This document shows positions 36,231-50,080 of a stretch of 64,000 nt of DNA, piece by piece. Numbering within the stretch: position 1 is the stretch's first letter; the number at the start of each line of letters is the position of its first letter. The stretch is from Takakia lepidozioides (Eukaryota; Plantae; Bryophyta). The stretch is taken from NCBI GenBank assembly GCA_030704615.1, contig CM060732.1, positions 25,544,001 to 25,608,000 on the forward strand. The letters run 5' to 3'. The notes beneath the pieces are model-generated. The model made no database searches. It was given only the letters and a program-made list of their open reading frames with translations, and was not told the origin of the DNA. The position numbers were made by a program, and so were the translations under genes.

Positions 36231-37547
36231 TTATGTTCCCTTTTGTTTTGTCACATACACTCACCCCTCTCTCATATCCGTGGTATCATGATTCAGTCCA
36301 TTCGCATCTACAAAGCAAAGACAAGGAGCTCAACCGGTATAAGAATTTCACTCGAGTCTTTGAAACTCGCCGTCTCTGCGAACTTCCATTACAACCGACA
36401 CACAGAAATGACGGTGACGTGGTGTGACGATGATGACGTGGAACTATGGCACCCTATTCACGCTCCACGCTAAACTAGCTCTCGACCGTCGGTCGTCGCT
36501 AGATCTAGGGCTTCGCGTTCCTCCACACTACTAGCGACGAATTCTGAGAACAACCTTCAATTAGCACAAAAAGGGGTGGGTCATCCCCATGCATACAATA
36601 ATTCTTTTGATAATTGGAAATATATACTATGCAGAAAACATGAGGAACAATGCAAAAGTATAACATAGGGGTACCCCTATCTATGCCCAAGAAGTGAGGG
36701 GGATTTGAACCCCCTTTTCTGCCCAGTATGCAGACACCCCCCCTCCCCCTCCCCCTCCGTCCGTCCGTCCGCCCCTCCCCAAGCATCATACATCACATCA
36801 AATAACCACCCCATGTAGCTGCACTGATCGCCCTCCCGAAATAAGGAAAGGAAAAAAAATATCCAGCAAAATCGAGAAACCCAAGCCCTCCATAGCATCC
36901 CGACACTGAGCCTCGAAGGAAACAACAAATACCGACGCACACACCTATGGCACTCCCAACACGGGCCGGATCCCACACAACAACAAACCAACACCACGCA
37001 CACTACACCATTTTAAATTTAATGTTGTTTTGGAAATGGCTCAATTCTTCGATTGTTTATGCAATCTCTCAAGTGGGTTCTCATGGCGGATGTTGCCTAC
37101 GGGAATGTGCGGGATTTAATCCGAATGCTATATCCGTGGCATAAGTGGGCATAAGCTATCGCAAATACGCCGCAGGATGAACCGTCAGTCTGTTGCATCA
37201 CATTGGCATAGAAATAATTGAATTATGGGTCTGGGATTAATTTCGCGAGATGTTGTTCTATTTCGCTAGGTAGCCTCTTATCCGCGGGCATGCCGGAATC
37301 AAACACCTAACAGACAGACATGTACGATGATCAGCGCCAAATTGATGTAATCTCAACTCCTTGCTCAGATTCAGCTGAAATGCTCTGAATCTTGCAGTGA
37401 CAACAAGTTGTAGTAGCTCAAGCTGGATTATGGAGCATAAACTCATTCAATCGTGAACTTTTTCTTTTGCGAATTCGAATTTCGTTTTGCACAGTGTCGT
37501 AAGTTAGTTACAATCGATACGTCTTCTCCAGCCAGACTAACCAGAAA

Positions 37548-38144
37548 ATGACTCAAAAAATGCATCCCTTTCATGAGAAGCTTTATAATCCCAAGCCAGC
37601 AGGGCTTCTCGTGAGAAAGATTAAGCGGACTCCATATTTTGATGAACAAGAAGTTCAACTAGACTTTTCACTGTGCGATAATGCTCCAAGGCCATCGCAG
37701 CTTGAAACACTATCGAAAAACTCCAATTGGGTTTTTGATCGTGATCGCCAAGACTACCGGCATCGCAGGATCCAAGAATTATTAGACAATCTGGTGAACA
37801 AAGAGGATGACGAAAATTTTGATATCTACCTGAAAAGATGCTACTCCACTGCAAATCTTGCACTCAATATTAACAACAAGGCTTGTGTAGGAGATGAGTG
37901 TCCAGAGCTTGTCGACAGATGGGTTTTCCGTTTTGTGAAAGGTTTCAGACTCTTGTCTAGAAAAACTGGTGTGGGATTTTCAACAGAGGACGAGCAGTTA
38001 CTCTTCAAGTTGGTGAGGGAAGAATGTGACATCCTAACAAGACAAGACGTCATCTTCATAGACTCAAGAAAGAGTCTGCGTAAAGTGAAAAGAGCATGGA
38101 CAAAAGTAGACTCAGACGAGGACAGTCACCCCACAGAGTACTAG
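37548..38144 (+). CDS. Orphan intronless ORF, 198 aa, unknown function
   Basis: ATG-to-stop open frame with globular-protein-like composition; no recognised motif. Confidence 0.4.
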   Translation: MTQKMHPFHEKLYNPKPAGLLVRKIKRTPYFDEQEVQLDFSLCDNAPRPSQLETLSKNSNWVFDRDRQDYRHRRIQELLDNLVNKEDDENFDIYLKRCYSTANLALNINNKACVGDECPELVDRWVFRFVKGFRLLSRKTGVGFSTEDEQLLFKLVREECDILTRQDVIFIDSRKSLRKVKRAWTKVDSDEDSHPTEY

Positions 38145-38524
38145 GAGGGTCCCGGCTCCTCTTCCAGTGCCAAGTAGAGCACATGACAGTCACATATCTG
38201 CTCAAAATTTGAGCTGATACATAGGCAAGTTGCAGATCTCATGAATTCATCAGTGAAGAACATTTGTAACTGTTGCGAATCGAAGTGGGAGTGAGAACAG
38301 AACAGAAGATACAGGAGTGAAATATCCATGTTTTGAATATATGTAACATGCACCTTATTTTGATATGTCCCAGTGATCCAATTGCATTTGAATTTGAGCT
38401 ACATCAACTCATGTTTGCAACTAAGGCTGTTAATATGTGCAATTCTAGGGTCTTGTTTGAAGATGCACTAGCATATCTTTCCTGGTCCTTGTATTTTAAC
38501 TTCCAATAGTATGTTTGGGTGGGC

Positions 38525-40020
38525 TGGGTGGAGATGAACTTAGTGGCCAGGTGGCAGTCACCACACACCAAAGGTTTTCGATGATGCGGATTGGTGTCTC
38601 AGTGGGTGTGCTGACCAGTCCCAAACCAACGACTAGCTTCTCACGGTGGGTGACCAAGAGAATCATGCAATACAAAGCGCATATCAGGCAACTGCCTCCT
38701 TCATCTGCATAGACAATCTTTACAGCTCAGCATGGATTTGCTCGATTAGTGGATGCGATTTGTCATCTGCAAAAACGTATGTCCGTTGTAGTTCACCTCA
38801 ATACAGCTGCGACCAGGCTCCATTTCCGACCCCTATGTCCATCATTTTCCTCACTTTTACAGTAAGATCCCGCCTGCCAGCCACAACATAGATGTTCGAT
38901 AGTAGCACATAAGTTGCAGCATCATGTGGATCCCACCTGAGAATGTGTTTTGCTGCACGCTCTGCCACTTTCACATTGCCATGAATTCTGCAAGCAGCAA
39001 GCAAGGCCCCCCATACTGCAAGAGCTGGTTCGAATGGCATTTTGTTGAGCTCCTCAGCTTCATCCACTCGCCCTGCACGGCCAAGGAGGTCCACCATGCA
39101 GCCAAAATGCTCTACTGTAGGAGCGAGGAAATTGTCTTGACTCATGGAATCAAAGTAGTGATTGCCTTTATCCACTAGGCCTGCATGACTACATGCAGAG
39201 AGAACACATGTTAAGGTGACACTGTTTGGCGTCAATCCTTCCTGTTGCATGTATTCAAATAGTTGCAGGGCCTCTCTACCACACCCATGATGAGCATATC
39301 CTGCAATTATTGCATTCCATGATACCACATCTCTTTCAGCCATACTGTCAAACACTAGATGCACATCCGCTACACTACCGCATTTGGCATACATGTCCAT
39401 AATGGTATTCTCAAGAGTGATAGCCGGCAGATGATAGCAGCATGGACATCTTTGCCCTTTTCCAGTGCTGCAAGGTTGGCACACGCATTGAGAATGGAAA
39501 TGAATGTAACTTTGTCCGGTATCATCCTTTCCTGTATCATTTGCTTATAGATATTGAAGGCCTCTACACCACACCCATGGTGAGCATATCCTGCAATCAT
39601 CGCATTCCATGCGACCACATCTCGCTCAGCCATGTTGTCAAACACTTCGCGGGAATCCTTCACGCTCCCACATTTGAGGTACATGTGGACAAGGGTAGTC
39701 TCAAGAATGACATCTGGCACAAGCCCAGCTTTGATGATGTAGGCATGGATCTCTTTGCCCTTTTCCAGAGCTGCAAGGCCGGCACAGGCATTGAGAACGC
39801 AAATGAACGTGACCTTGTCGGGTGTAATCCCTTCCCATGCTGAGCATATCCTGCTATCATGGCACTCCATGACACCACATTCTGTTTAGCAATATTGTTG
39901 AATACTTTACACGCAGCTTCGATGCTCCCACATTTGACATACATGTCGATTAAGGTATTCTCCACAACGATATTTGACAAACTCCCAGATTTGATGATGG
40001 CCATGTGGACCTCTATGCCT
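38525..40020 (-). pseudogene. PLS-E-DYW PPR pseudogene
   Basis: PLS repeats; CMVDLLGRAG; WGALLAACRIHG; then frameshifted RFVLHD...HREKL...PIRIIENL.VCGDCH.ATKFIS. Confidence 0.9.
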
Positions 40021-43000
40021 CTATGCCCTACTGGGGTATTGAGTTAATGTTTTGCTCATCGATACCAAACCAATGTTAGTCTGGTATCTGGGTTTCGCCG
40101 GGTATCAACCCCGGTCTCTCCTAACCTAACCTCCTGTTCTCTGTTCCCGTAAACATTTGTAGTACCCTACCAGGACGTTCTCGAGTTCCCTGGCGGCCCC
40201 CCAAACCCTAACAGGCGACGGTTAGAGTTCTCCTTTCCCCGGCCCCTACCAGAGCTCAACTTGTCGTTGCAGGTCTGTTCGGGTATCATGTTAATATGCA
40301 CTGGGTACTTTGTAATGTAGAGTAGAGATTTAGGGCTAGGGGCATATACTAGCTGTTTTGATTATAACAACGACCCTTTGATCTTCATTTGCGAGACACT
40401 ATGGATGCAATTCTTATTCAATGTCTAATTGTATGGGGGTTGGTATCCTATGAGATGAGCAGGTTTCCTTGTGGTTTTCTTGAATATTCAAATGGATACT
40501 CGTACCATTTTTATTTTTTAATACCATATCCGAGTTCATATTTCTAGGTTATTGACATTTAGATACCATTGCTCAAATCCGGATTGTTTTTTTTTTTAAA
40601 ACCACTCTATGCATACCAGATTCATACTTGAAAAAATCAGCGACTGCATTATTGGAAAACCTACCTGCCTTAAAAAAATTCAGCACTACATACCAGGACC
40701 CTTTTGGTATTTCCAATTCAAGATACCATACCAAGACTAAACCAAACCAGCCTGGGTTTTCTTCGCTGTCATATTGCGTGCGATACCATTATTGAGGGAT
40801 GCAAGCGGTGTTGGAGCTCACTAAGAGGTAAGTAGAGGGCATTAGGGTTCAGCGCCCATACTCCACAACAAACTCTCTTCAATGAAGTGACTTGTGACTT
40901 GTGATCTGTGATTTGATTTGCTCAAGAGGACAACTGATAGCTGGTGAGAACACTCCAACTGATTAGCTCAGATATGTTAGTTCAGATATGTCTTTCACTG
41001 TTGTTTCATGAACATCCTTAGCCTTTTAGTGTACTATTTCTGTGTGCTTTATGACATTTCTCAATGTGTATGTTCAGAGCTTGTGTAATGACATTTCTGA
41101 TTTTGTATGAAGAGCAGTAAAAGTATCATAGCAATGTTCATATATCCCTAATATAAATATTAAAAAAAAATGAGAATGGCATGATCTGGAGGAATTTAAG
41201 GCGTCGTATTATGGATGAACAGTCCCAATATGACAGTTCAAAACCCTCGGGATGGATGAATTACGACGCCGCAATAGAGATGAACAGGCACAAAAGCGGA
41301 CGAGAAAGGGATATCACACCGCTATGACGGCGCCGTAATAGGGGTGAACGAGATGACAATCAATTGAGAATGTCATCATCTAGATGAATTCCTAGATTAA
41401 CACACTAAAATCATGTAATAAAATTATCAATATCTACATTCATCCATCAATGGAACAACCTGTGCTCATCCATTCACCCCAATCCATCATCCATAGTAGG
41501 CCAGTGTCACTGGGGCCAAACAAATGGGAGTCATTGTAAAAAGTCTGCTTCATAAACAAGCGGCTAGTCGCGTATGGCTCCTCTTTGTGAATAGCGAGAT
41601 GTACTTTCATCCATAATAAACTTTAAAATTCATCCATTTATTCTTCGTACAGTGTTCAATAAGAAAGATGTTACTTGAGGGAGGTGTTACTTGGATGCAC
41701 TTCATGAAGTAGTTTGCAACAAAGGAGAGGAGGTGACACCTAGGGAAGGCACAACAGGGACTTAGCGATTTTTGAAACCGATGCGTAGTCTTTAGAATAA
41801 AGAGGAGCCAACAAAGGCAAACACAAAAACAAGCAAGACTGAGACTCGCTCTTCCACCTTTCAATGTTCCCGGGACAACCATCTGCAGCAATCCTCCCAG
41901 TAGGGAGTCTGATCTTCTCCGTCATCAATTGCATACGCTAGGGCCAACTGGCTGGTGTGAAGTACTAGTGACTTTTTATAAAGGAGACTAGCAACTTGCT
42001 CGAGTTAGATTTGCATATACATGCTACAACTTCTTGTGACTCCCTCACATTCGGGCTGTGCTCAGTAATGGGTGGTATTTAAATCTCTGCAGAAGAATGG
42101 TTGACAACACTGAGTGCAAACATTAAGAAGTTGAACGGCGCAGTTACTGTGCGGTTTCCAATAAATTGCGCGCCTTTTATTTATAGTATAAATACGAATG
42201 TAGTTTCCTGAAATTTTCCTGTAGTGAGATAAGCTACCTTTGGCGCATGGCCAACTGCGATTGTACATCTCTCTAGTCGCATGATGAGTGAGGGGACATT
42301 ACCCTTCACCTGCATGTGCAAGTCACTCTGGTATAAAGGACCTCCCATTATCTCAAAGCTCCCTTGCAGTTCTTCCGGACACATTCTGGAGATGAAGGAA
42401 AGGTCTGAATTAGAGCCCCTCAAGCCAGCCAGCTCCACTGGGCACATGAAGCATTTGTGCAGTATGTACACACAATGAGGCGCACAGGTCAGCTACTTAT
42501 CAGCCTGACACTCTTCTGCTGATGCCAAATTACTTCTGCAGGTTATAAGAGTCTCGTGGTGATGGAATAGGTACTACTTTACTGCTCTGTGAATTCTCGG
42601 TGTGACTCGTGAGGGTGGTGTGCGTTTGATGTCCACTGTCTGCGGAATCCCAATGCTATTTTTGAAAAAGAAACACTGCTCGATGTGTTAACTAATGTAG
42701 TGCGTAGGTTTATAATAATAAAGGGTGGGCTGTGGAAAAGGCCAAGCGAAAGGGACTGATATCACACGTGTGGAAGTCAATTTATACCTTCGATGCTTCA
42801 AGGCCTGAGACTCCGTGCTCTGACGCCCGACAGACTAACGACGTCAGCACACGCGCCGTACTGTTGGCGCCCGTCAACGGCCCGTTACAGTGCCGTCCAA
42901 CCCTTCGCCGGCGTTCTGTCGGTGTTCTGTCCACGCGCGGTTAGGACGTCCAAGGTCACGTACGTCGACGTGGAGGGAGCGCCGTCCGCTGGCGAAAAGC

Positions 43001-46000
43001 TGAAGGAGTCATAAAGGACCCAGCTGTCTGCTGTGATGGACGACCGTCGACGGAGCCATCGCTCCGTCGACCCGCCATCACATCCGCCGTCACTCGTTCA
43101 GTCCGGCCGCACAACCTGGAGCGATCCCTGTCGACGGCGAGCGTGGACGGCAGGAGCCTCGTGACCGACGGTTCCGAAGGGGATGTGTGAGAGCAGCTGA
43201 GCGGTGAGGGAAGCGCCGCGTTTCCAGCACCTCATGCAGTAAGTACCCAACTTTTATTAGTGCTCCAGATGTTGTGCTCAAGAATTAATGGAGCTCGATA
43301 GAGCCTAATATGTGGTGCAGCTAATTCATCAGCGTTCAGGTGTGAAGAGGCAGCGCATTGGTGCGCAGGAATGGAGACATTGAAGAAGCCTGAGAAGACA
43401 CTGTTTCAGCCTGATCTCGCAGCTGTGCATCTTTATTGGAAATAGTATCACATTGCCTGGCATCTAACTTTTTACTTCCAACTAGGACCGGGCTTCAGGT
43501 GTAGGCAATATGCAAAAACCGAATACCCCGACTGTATACCTAGTATCTCCGGAATGCCTCTCACTGTTGCGAGTAAAGTTCTTTCTCATCATTGGTTTCT
43601 ATGGGTGACTCGCTCCTACAAGGCTCCATATCACCAATAATCCTGGTGGATAATGTCAGGAATCGCAGCCTGGGGACGTTTTAGGATTCAATGGCTTCAA
43701 CGGTACTATTGAAGCTGCAGAGATTTTGAGAGGTTGCAGATAGATAATGGACGTTGGCAAGTAGAATATGATAGAAACACATCTGCCAGTCAACTACTCG
43801 GCCACGGGAGTACGGAAAGTACTAACATTTAAGGAGGACAGGAGGACGACTCAGACTCCAACACATGAAAAGGATGCAGAATAGCATATTTATAGATCTC
43901 AAATTTTGATAATATATATAAACTGCGTTTCCTTGTCATCTCGGACTCCCTTGGATGTATTTGGGATTGCTGCTCAAAAATTTAGGAACTGATGTGTACC
44001 GACTGATGCCAAATCCTGCCACCTGGATGGGTGTGGTATGTTCTTCTCTCCCTTCCCTTGGGCGCATGCGAAAGCCCTCACCGCGAGATTGCTGTGAAAG
44101 AGGTTATTTCCAGTGTTGGGCGGGTATATATGTTGACATATATACGCGGCCGGGTAATAGTCGGGTATCATACTATTGAGACCTGCCACCCAAATTTTTG
44201 GTGGACCCGACTTGAGTTGGAACCGGCGAGGGTCATCTCGGCACTTACCCGGCCGAAGCTAGAACCGGCAGGGGGCAATTATGGCTTTACTATATGGAAC
44301 CTGTCTGGAACCTTGAAAATGAGGCGAGTAGCAACTTTTGAACAAAACCTTGAGATTTTACTGCAACCAAGCTGCACTCATGGGTGATAATTATGCATCC
44401 TCATAGGGTCCGCATTTGAGTCTTGAGAGGACTATTAGTCAAAGGCTTTTGGAAGGAAAACCCAAAATCGTCTAAGCTCATAATTTTATTTATTTTTTCA
44501 GATAATGATGGGTTGCTCCTATCTTTTTTTTTTTTTTTTTTTTTTTTCCCTTTTCTGGTCCTCCTAATTGTGACTCTTCAATTGTTTTTTTTTTTTTTCT
44601 TTCTGGTCCTCCTAAAATCCTAATATATCATAACTGGAAATCAGGTTATATTGATAACCATTGTATGGGACCGGTGGTGTTCCACTTGGATAATGGCATG
44701 TTGATAATTGGGAACTTTTTTTCTTTTGGGACCCTTCTATTGATAACCTGTAACCGCCACAATTTCCAAACCCCTACATTATATATAACCGCCTCCATAC
44801 CGCTTTAAGCAAAGATGCCTTACCCAGACCTTTCAATATGCCCAAATTGTCATACCGCCCAACACTGGTTACTTCGTTATTTCCTCCTCTCTGGCTTGAT
44901 TTGTAAGCTGTCGCTCCCAGGTGTTGCCCTTTTTCAAGAAAAAAATTGGTCTTCTTTCGAATATAGAAGCATACACTCCTACATCTCTCATCTATCTGTT
45001 ATAAGGGATATTAGCATAGAATCCAGTCTGAAACATATCATGAACCGCTCCCAAGTACTTTTGGAACTAATGGCGACTGCTCAAAGTCATTTAGTGAAGG
45101 CAGGAGAAGCATTTTCTCATTTATGCTTATAAAATAACTACGAGTAGGGGATTAGACCAATGTTAGAGATTTTAGAGCTAGGTTATGGCTTTGGTGGAGG
45201 AATAGGAACTGCCAGAATGGCTGCGTGAGCCATTCTGAATATTCGTCCAAATTTCATCAGAATGGCTCACGCAGGACACCAATTCATTGTATAAAAAACT
45301 CACATGGCATAATGGTCCAAGTAATCCGGACACTGGCCCAGAGACCAGTGAGTCTGCAAATACATGGTGTAAAGTGTAAACATGAAATGATAAATGGACA
45401 AAAGTGACTGTTATGGGACAGAAAGGACCGTTGATATTTCATCATTGGACTTGTCGAGGAGCAGCTCCACATACGTATCGACTGCATGTTTGAGTTTACT
45501 CGTTCACTCCTCATGGTGTCAATCTTCACGGATTTCAAATCATAGGTTCATTCTGCAGCAGAATCTTTAATCAGATGAAGTTCGGATGTCGTGATGATGA
45601 GCGGGAAAAGGGTACGTATGTTTTACAGTGAGCGGGGTGCAAACGAGGCGCGTGTGAGTAGTTAGATCGGAAGAATGCCGTTGTGGGGACCACAATGAAG
45701 AGCATTAAACCAGCTCTGCGTTCTCTCCCGCGCATCGACTCCTCTCGTCACCATCACTCCAGCGCACTCATCATACACTCCTCTCACCGCCATCACTCCA
45801 TTATACTTACTTCACCTCTTTGATGCTCCGGATCCAGTTACCATCGCAGCGTCAGCTCAGTTTCTTCCAGGTTTTATCTGGCCTGCAACGTCTTATGGGA
45901 AATGGGATAGCTCTGCTGAAGTCTTTTTCCCTCGCTTGACTAGAGCTGTGTACCTGGGTCAGCCTTTTATCTCCGCCTCACTCTTTTGGTTCACCCAGTG

Positions 46001-46175
46001 TCGGCTCAACTTCACTCCCAGTTCTTTTCTGGCATATCAGTCTTCCCAAGTTGGTCTCGGAGCTGTTGTCCACCTGGTCTTGTCTCCTCTCCTACTGGCG
46101 CAGCTGTACCGCTTCATACGACTCTTGTGCTGTGTGTCAGCAGCTGAAAGTTGACAACTCTCAGCTGAAGTAGCA

Positions 46176-47825
46176 ATGGCTTCGCGAGAGGGGTCATCGA
46201 GGCCGAGTGGGCGTTTGGCTTCTTGCACCCTGTTTATCATGCTATGTTTGACTCTTCTCAGTAATGCCGGTGCAGCAATTGGCAGGTGGGATCTGTACAT
46301 AGGTACTTCTGAACATATGAGCTCGTTTATCAGTGTATGTCAAATGTGTTTTTGCTTCTGAGGAAATGCACCATGGAACTATCGTTTCGTTTGGTGATAT
46401 GTTGGTAGTGAGTGTGTCCACGGATAGACTTGCTAGTCCCCATGTATGTCCTTGTTCTCAATCCTTCAATTTTCGTGTGGGTTCTGGAACTGTGACTGTC
46501 AGAGATGCTTTGTTCCAAGGTGGTCCACCAATCGCGGATTCTCCAGCTTTTGCACCAACACTTCTCAACGGAGGTAGCCCGAAAACTTCCCCGACGTGGT
46601 GGTCTCCACCTCCGATGTCTTATGCTCCTCCCAAATCTCTCACACCCGCACCAATGTCCCCTCCAACTGTAAGCGTCCCTGCTTATGCTCCTTATTCCCC
46701 TCCGAAGTCCTGGACTCCTTCGCCGCAGCTCCATCCAGTTCATTCTAATTCCCCAAGCTATGCCCCATATTCTCCGCCGAAGTCTTCCACCCCTTCCCCT
46801 CAATCTTCCTCGACGCCTCCTGCCGCCCCTGAACATGCTCCCTATTCTCCTCCTACACACTCCCCTTCCCCATTTTCTTCTCCATCAAATTCTGTTCCAC
46901 CCTCTTATGCCCCGTATTCCCCTCCAACGTCAACTACGGGTCCCACAACGTCCCCATATTCCCAAGCACCAGAGGGATCACCATACTCTGCCCCCTCAGG
47001 GCTTTCTCCCTACTATCCGCCTTCACCCAAGCCGTCTCCAGTTGGCCTGGCGCCAGTTGGATCCCCACTTAACGATTTTTCCCCTTACTATGCGCCATCT
47101 CCAAAGTCCATCCCGAAGGCTTCCTCGCCGGCGTTTGTACCAGCTTATTCACCATACTCTTCTACTCCAGCCAAATCTCCTGTTTCCGAAGGTCCTGTTG
47201 CAGCTACTCCAGCTTATTCTCCAAGTTACTCTCCTAGCGCCGGTGCTCCAGCATATCCCCCGAAGTCGTCTCTCTCTCCAGGTTTGTGACTATTGCTGGA
47301 TTCACACTCCTGCAGCTCATAAGCCGAAAGCTGATGTATTATACCTTCTCTACACCAGGTACGCTTGTGCAGAATGTGAGGAAGTAGTTACAGGAGAAGT
47401 ATATCCTGTGAAGTTTCTCTATCAGATGTGAATGGTCTCCTCCCCAAGCCCAGGATTGCTTGTCTGCGGACAGTCGACTGTTATTATCATTTTGTCTCCC
47501 CCACGTGATCGTACCCGTGGATCCCCTTCCCTTTGATCTTCTTGTAACACCCAATAATTATGTTCGAGGTGAATGACTGAAGTGCTTGTCACCTTCATAA
47601 GTAGTAAATGTGGAGACTCAATTTTGGTCACTTCGTGATGCTTCAGGACTTGCTCCAACTCCGACATCGTCGGCCCCAACGCCAACGTCGTACGCTCCCA
47701 CTCCTCTGTCATATGGGCCAGCTGCGTCTCCTCCTGCCCCTCCAGCTCTTTCACCAGGGGGAACGCTAGCCCCAGGGAGCTCATCGGCAGGTGCTGAAGG
47801 TCCTGCAGGAAGCCCGTCAGGAAAT
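46176..47825 (+). CDS. Secreted proline/serine-rich cell-wall glycoprotein (HRGP; AGP/extensin hybrid), multi-exon; 3' end uncertain
   Basis: Signal-peptide exon at 46176 (FIMLCLTLLSNAGA); exon ~46520-47281 with YAPYSPP(K)S repeats; exon 47647-47825 with AP/TP/SP dipeptides and a GTAAG donor. Joining exon 1 in phase needs a GC donor. Confidence 0.75.
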
Positions 47826-49447
47826 GTAAGGTTTTTTACGTCTTGCAGTCAAATTCACAGTTATAATCTCATGCATTTTCTGTTACGATTTCTATCACTG
47901 GTGGACCGACAATTGCCGTGTTTGTTGTTTGGAACAGAATACGGCAGCAGGATCAAGATTATCACCATTGGCATGGAGTTGTGCTATCTTGGTTGTCGCT
48001 TCTATTCTTTCGATCTCGTTCATTTAAATGGAAACGCCAATTGAAAATTGCAAACTGTATTCTTAAAATCTCAAAACCTTATCACATCGAGGTTTCTGCA
48101 TGCTTTCGAGTGAAATTTTACAACGATTTCTTATGCTGGACTCTCGTGGTCGATTGTGTGTCCACATGTACATCAGGGATTTGACAACAAGTCAAATGTT
48201 GATGTTTCAGGCTCACTCAAGAGTTAATTCTTTCACAAATTGAATTTAATTGTAGAGAGGTAGAAAGACAGCCTAGTGAGCTATTTGATCTCCTCGTGCT
48301 TGTACTCAAATGTGTCTGTATGCCATCTGCGCGGACAGTGTATCGTGATTCATAGATATTTTCTCTCCTGGCCCATCTTTTGTGTAGCACCAAATTCTTA
48401 TAAAGTTTGCTGAATCAGTTTGATTCATTGTCAAAGCTATAAGGGCAATAGCTACGAACCTCTATGGGAAGCTGAGTTCAGCTACATGTGAAATTTGTTT
48501 TCTAGGTATTGATATCACCAGAATGTACGAATCTGTCCAATGCGATTCTCAAAGTGCAACTATTCCTAAGTCCCACTTCTAGTTCTGAGCTTCCTCACGC
48601 CATGAAGGGAATGTAATAGATTGTCTTGTTCTGTGGTTTGCCAAGAGAAATGGTCTTGATAACATGTAAAAATGATCTGCACCAAAAGCTAATGCCCTTT
48701 AAATTAAAAATCGCTTAGAAATGTCCGTTGTTAAAATCGTTGTCTTCTCAGACGGGAAGAAACCATCCTGACAGGAGGTACTTTTCGTAACGCGCATCTA
48801 GGGACTTACGAAATCGTAAAGATGACGATTTGGTGGAGAAAGTTTTTTACTTCGGATAAGGGCAGCTGATGAGGCCCTTCCGCCGTTTTTGGAACGCGCG
48901 ATCTCAGTTGCTGTCTACGTAACTTCTGCATGCTGTCTTCTGCATTTGAGTTTTTGCTCGACGGTCGCGCAGTCTGTTGAAGGGCAGCGGTGCAGGTTGG
49001 GTGGTACTGTTGGAGTTAATTGTGTTGAAATGCACTTGATCAGGGCTGTCTACAGGTAAACAAGTAAAATAATTGTGAGACTCGGCACTCCGTGTCGTCT
49101 TTATCATCTGAGAGGCTACCATGCCCAGGATTCTCGGATACTGTGCTGCGCAGGTTATCGTAGATCCTGTTAGATCAAATGTCAATTGGGACGCCCCATT
49201 CCGAAAACCTTCGTCCCAGTCTGGAACTGTCAACCAGTTAGGCTGCAAAGTTGGCCTTTCAATTCGTATGTGAGAGATGCACGAATGTGAATGCAAGACA
49301 CCTGTAAATTCCACATGAAGAGGAAACACATCTCGCATCTGGAAACACTTTTGCTAAAAGATTGGGCATTGACTTTTAATATAGCATTTAAGTGTACGGC
49401 AAAATGGAAGTAGTCAACATTGATTTTATTGTTGAACTATCAACTAA

Positions 49448-49535
49448 GAGAGAGAGAAGACTCCGGCCAAAGTCTGCCTAACTAAGAGCCACTTCGCCTT
49501 GCAGCTACCGCCCCCTTTCGGGGGTGGGCCCTATA
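49448..49535 (-). mobile_element. 88-bp insertion with a 13-bp target-site duplication
   Basis: AACTATCAACTAA at 49435-49447 and 49536-49548. The paralogous site at ~25526-25538 has a single copy and no insert. Confidence 0.85.
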
Positions 49536-50080
49536 AACTATCAACTAACATGTAGTCAGGCAATCTCATACCACGCCACACATGGCAAATGCGTCCACGG
49601 AACGCAGCTCCCATAACGCACAGGGATGTCAGACCGTCTCTAGGCTGGCGCCGCTGCGTCCGGGCAACCGAGTTCGGAGACACGAGGAGAACTGCGTTAT
49701 GCAGCCAAACGCATGTTCCGGGAAGCGCGCACCAGATGGGGGACGTCCACGCATCCTATGTCATTTTGACGTTGCTTGTGGGCCGTTGGATTACCCAGCG
49801 TTGTGGGCCATTGGATTTTTCGGAGATCTCACTCACTCCTAGTTTGCCACCTACTCGACGCATTGGGGGATGGCAGGCAGTGTGGCCGCAATGCAGCTAC
49901 CGTCCAGCAACGTTCCGGGCTTGCGATCAGCCACTGTGCGTCCTCCGAATGGGGCCTTTTGCCATGTGTGCGGCCATCGCTAATTGTTGTGGGTTCAAAC
50001 CACATGTTGGATGTCATAAAATTGTCCACCTTCCTACCGGAGGAAGATGATAGCTTTTGGGGGTCAAGCGACACCATAAG

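Noticed and set aside
40030-40790. MITE/hAT-like segment rich in GATACC/GGTATC (similar flavour at 57850-58010 and 58044-58350)
   Set aside because: Could not establish TIRs with a matching TSD.
41146-41970. Helitron (TC...AT-rich start; CTAG at ~41965)
   Set aside because: The 3' hairpin is too weak and there is no second copy to define the ends.
41700-42540. Degenerate minus-strand coding-like sequence, possibly a transposase
   Set aside because: No diagnostic motif recognised.
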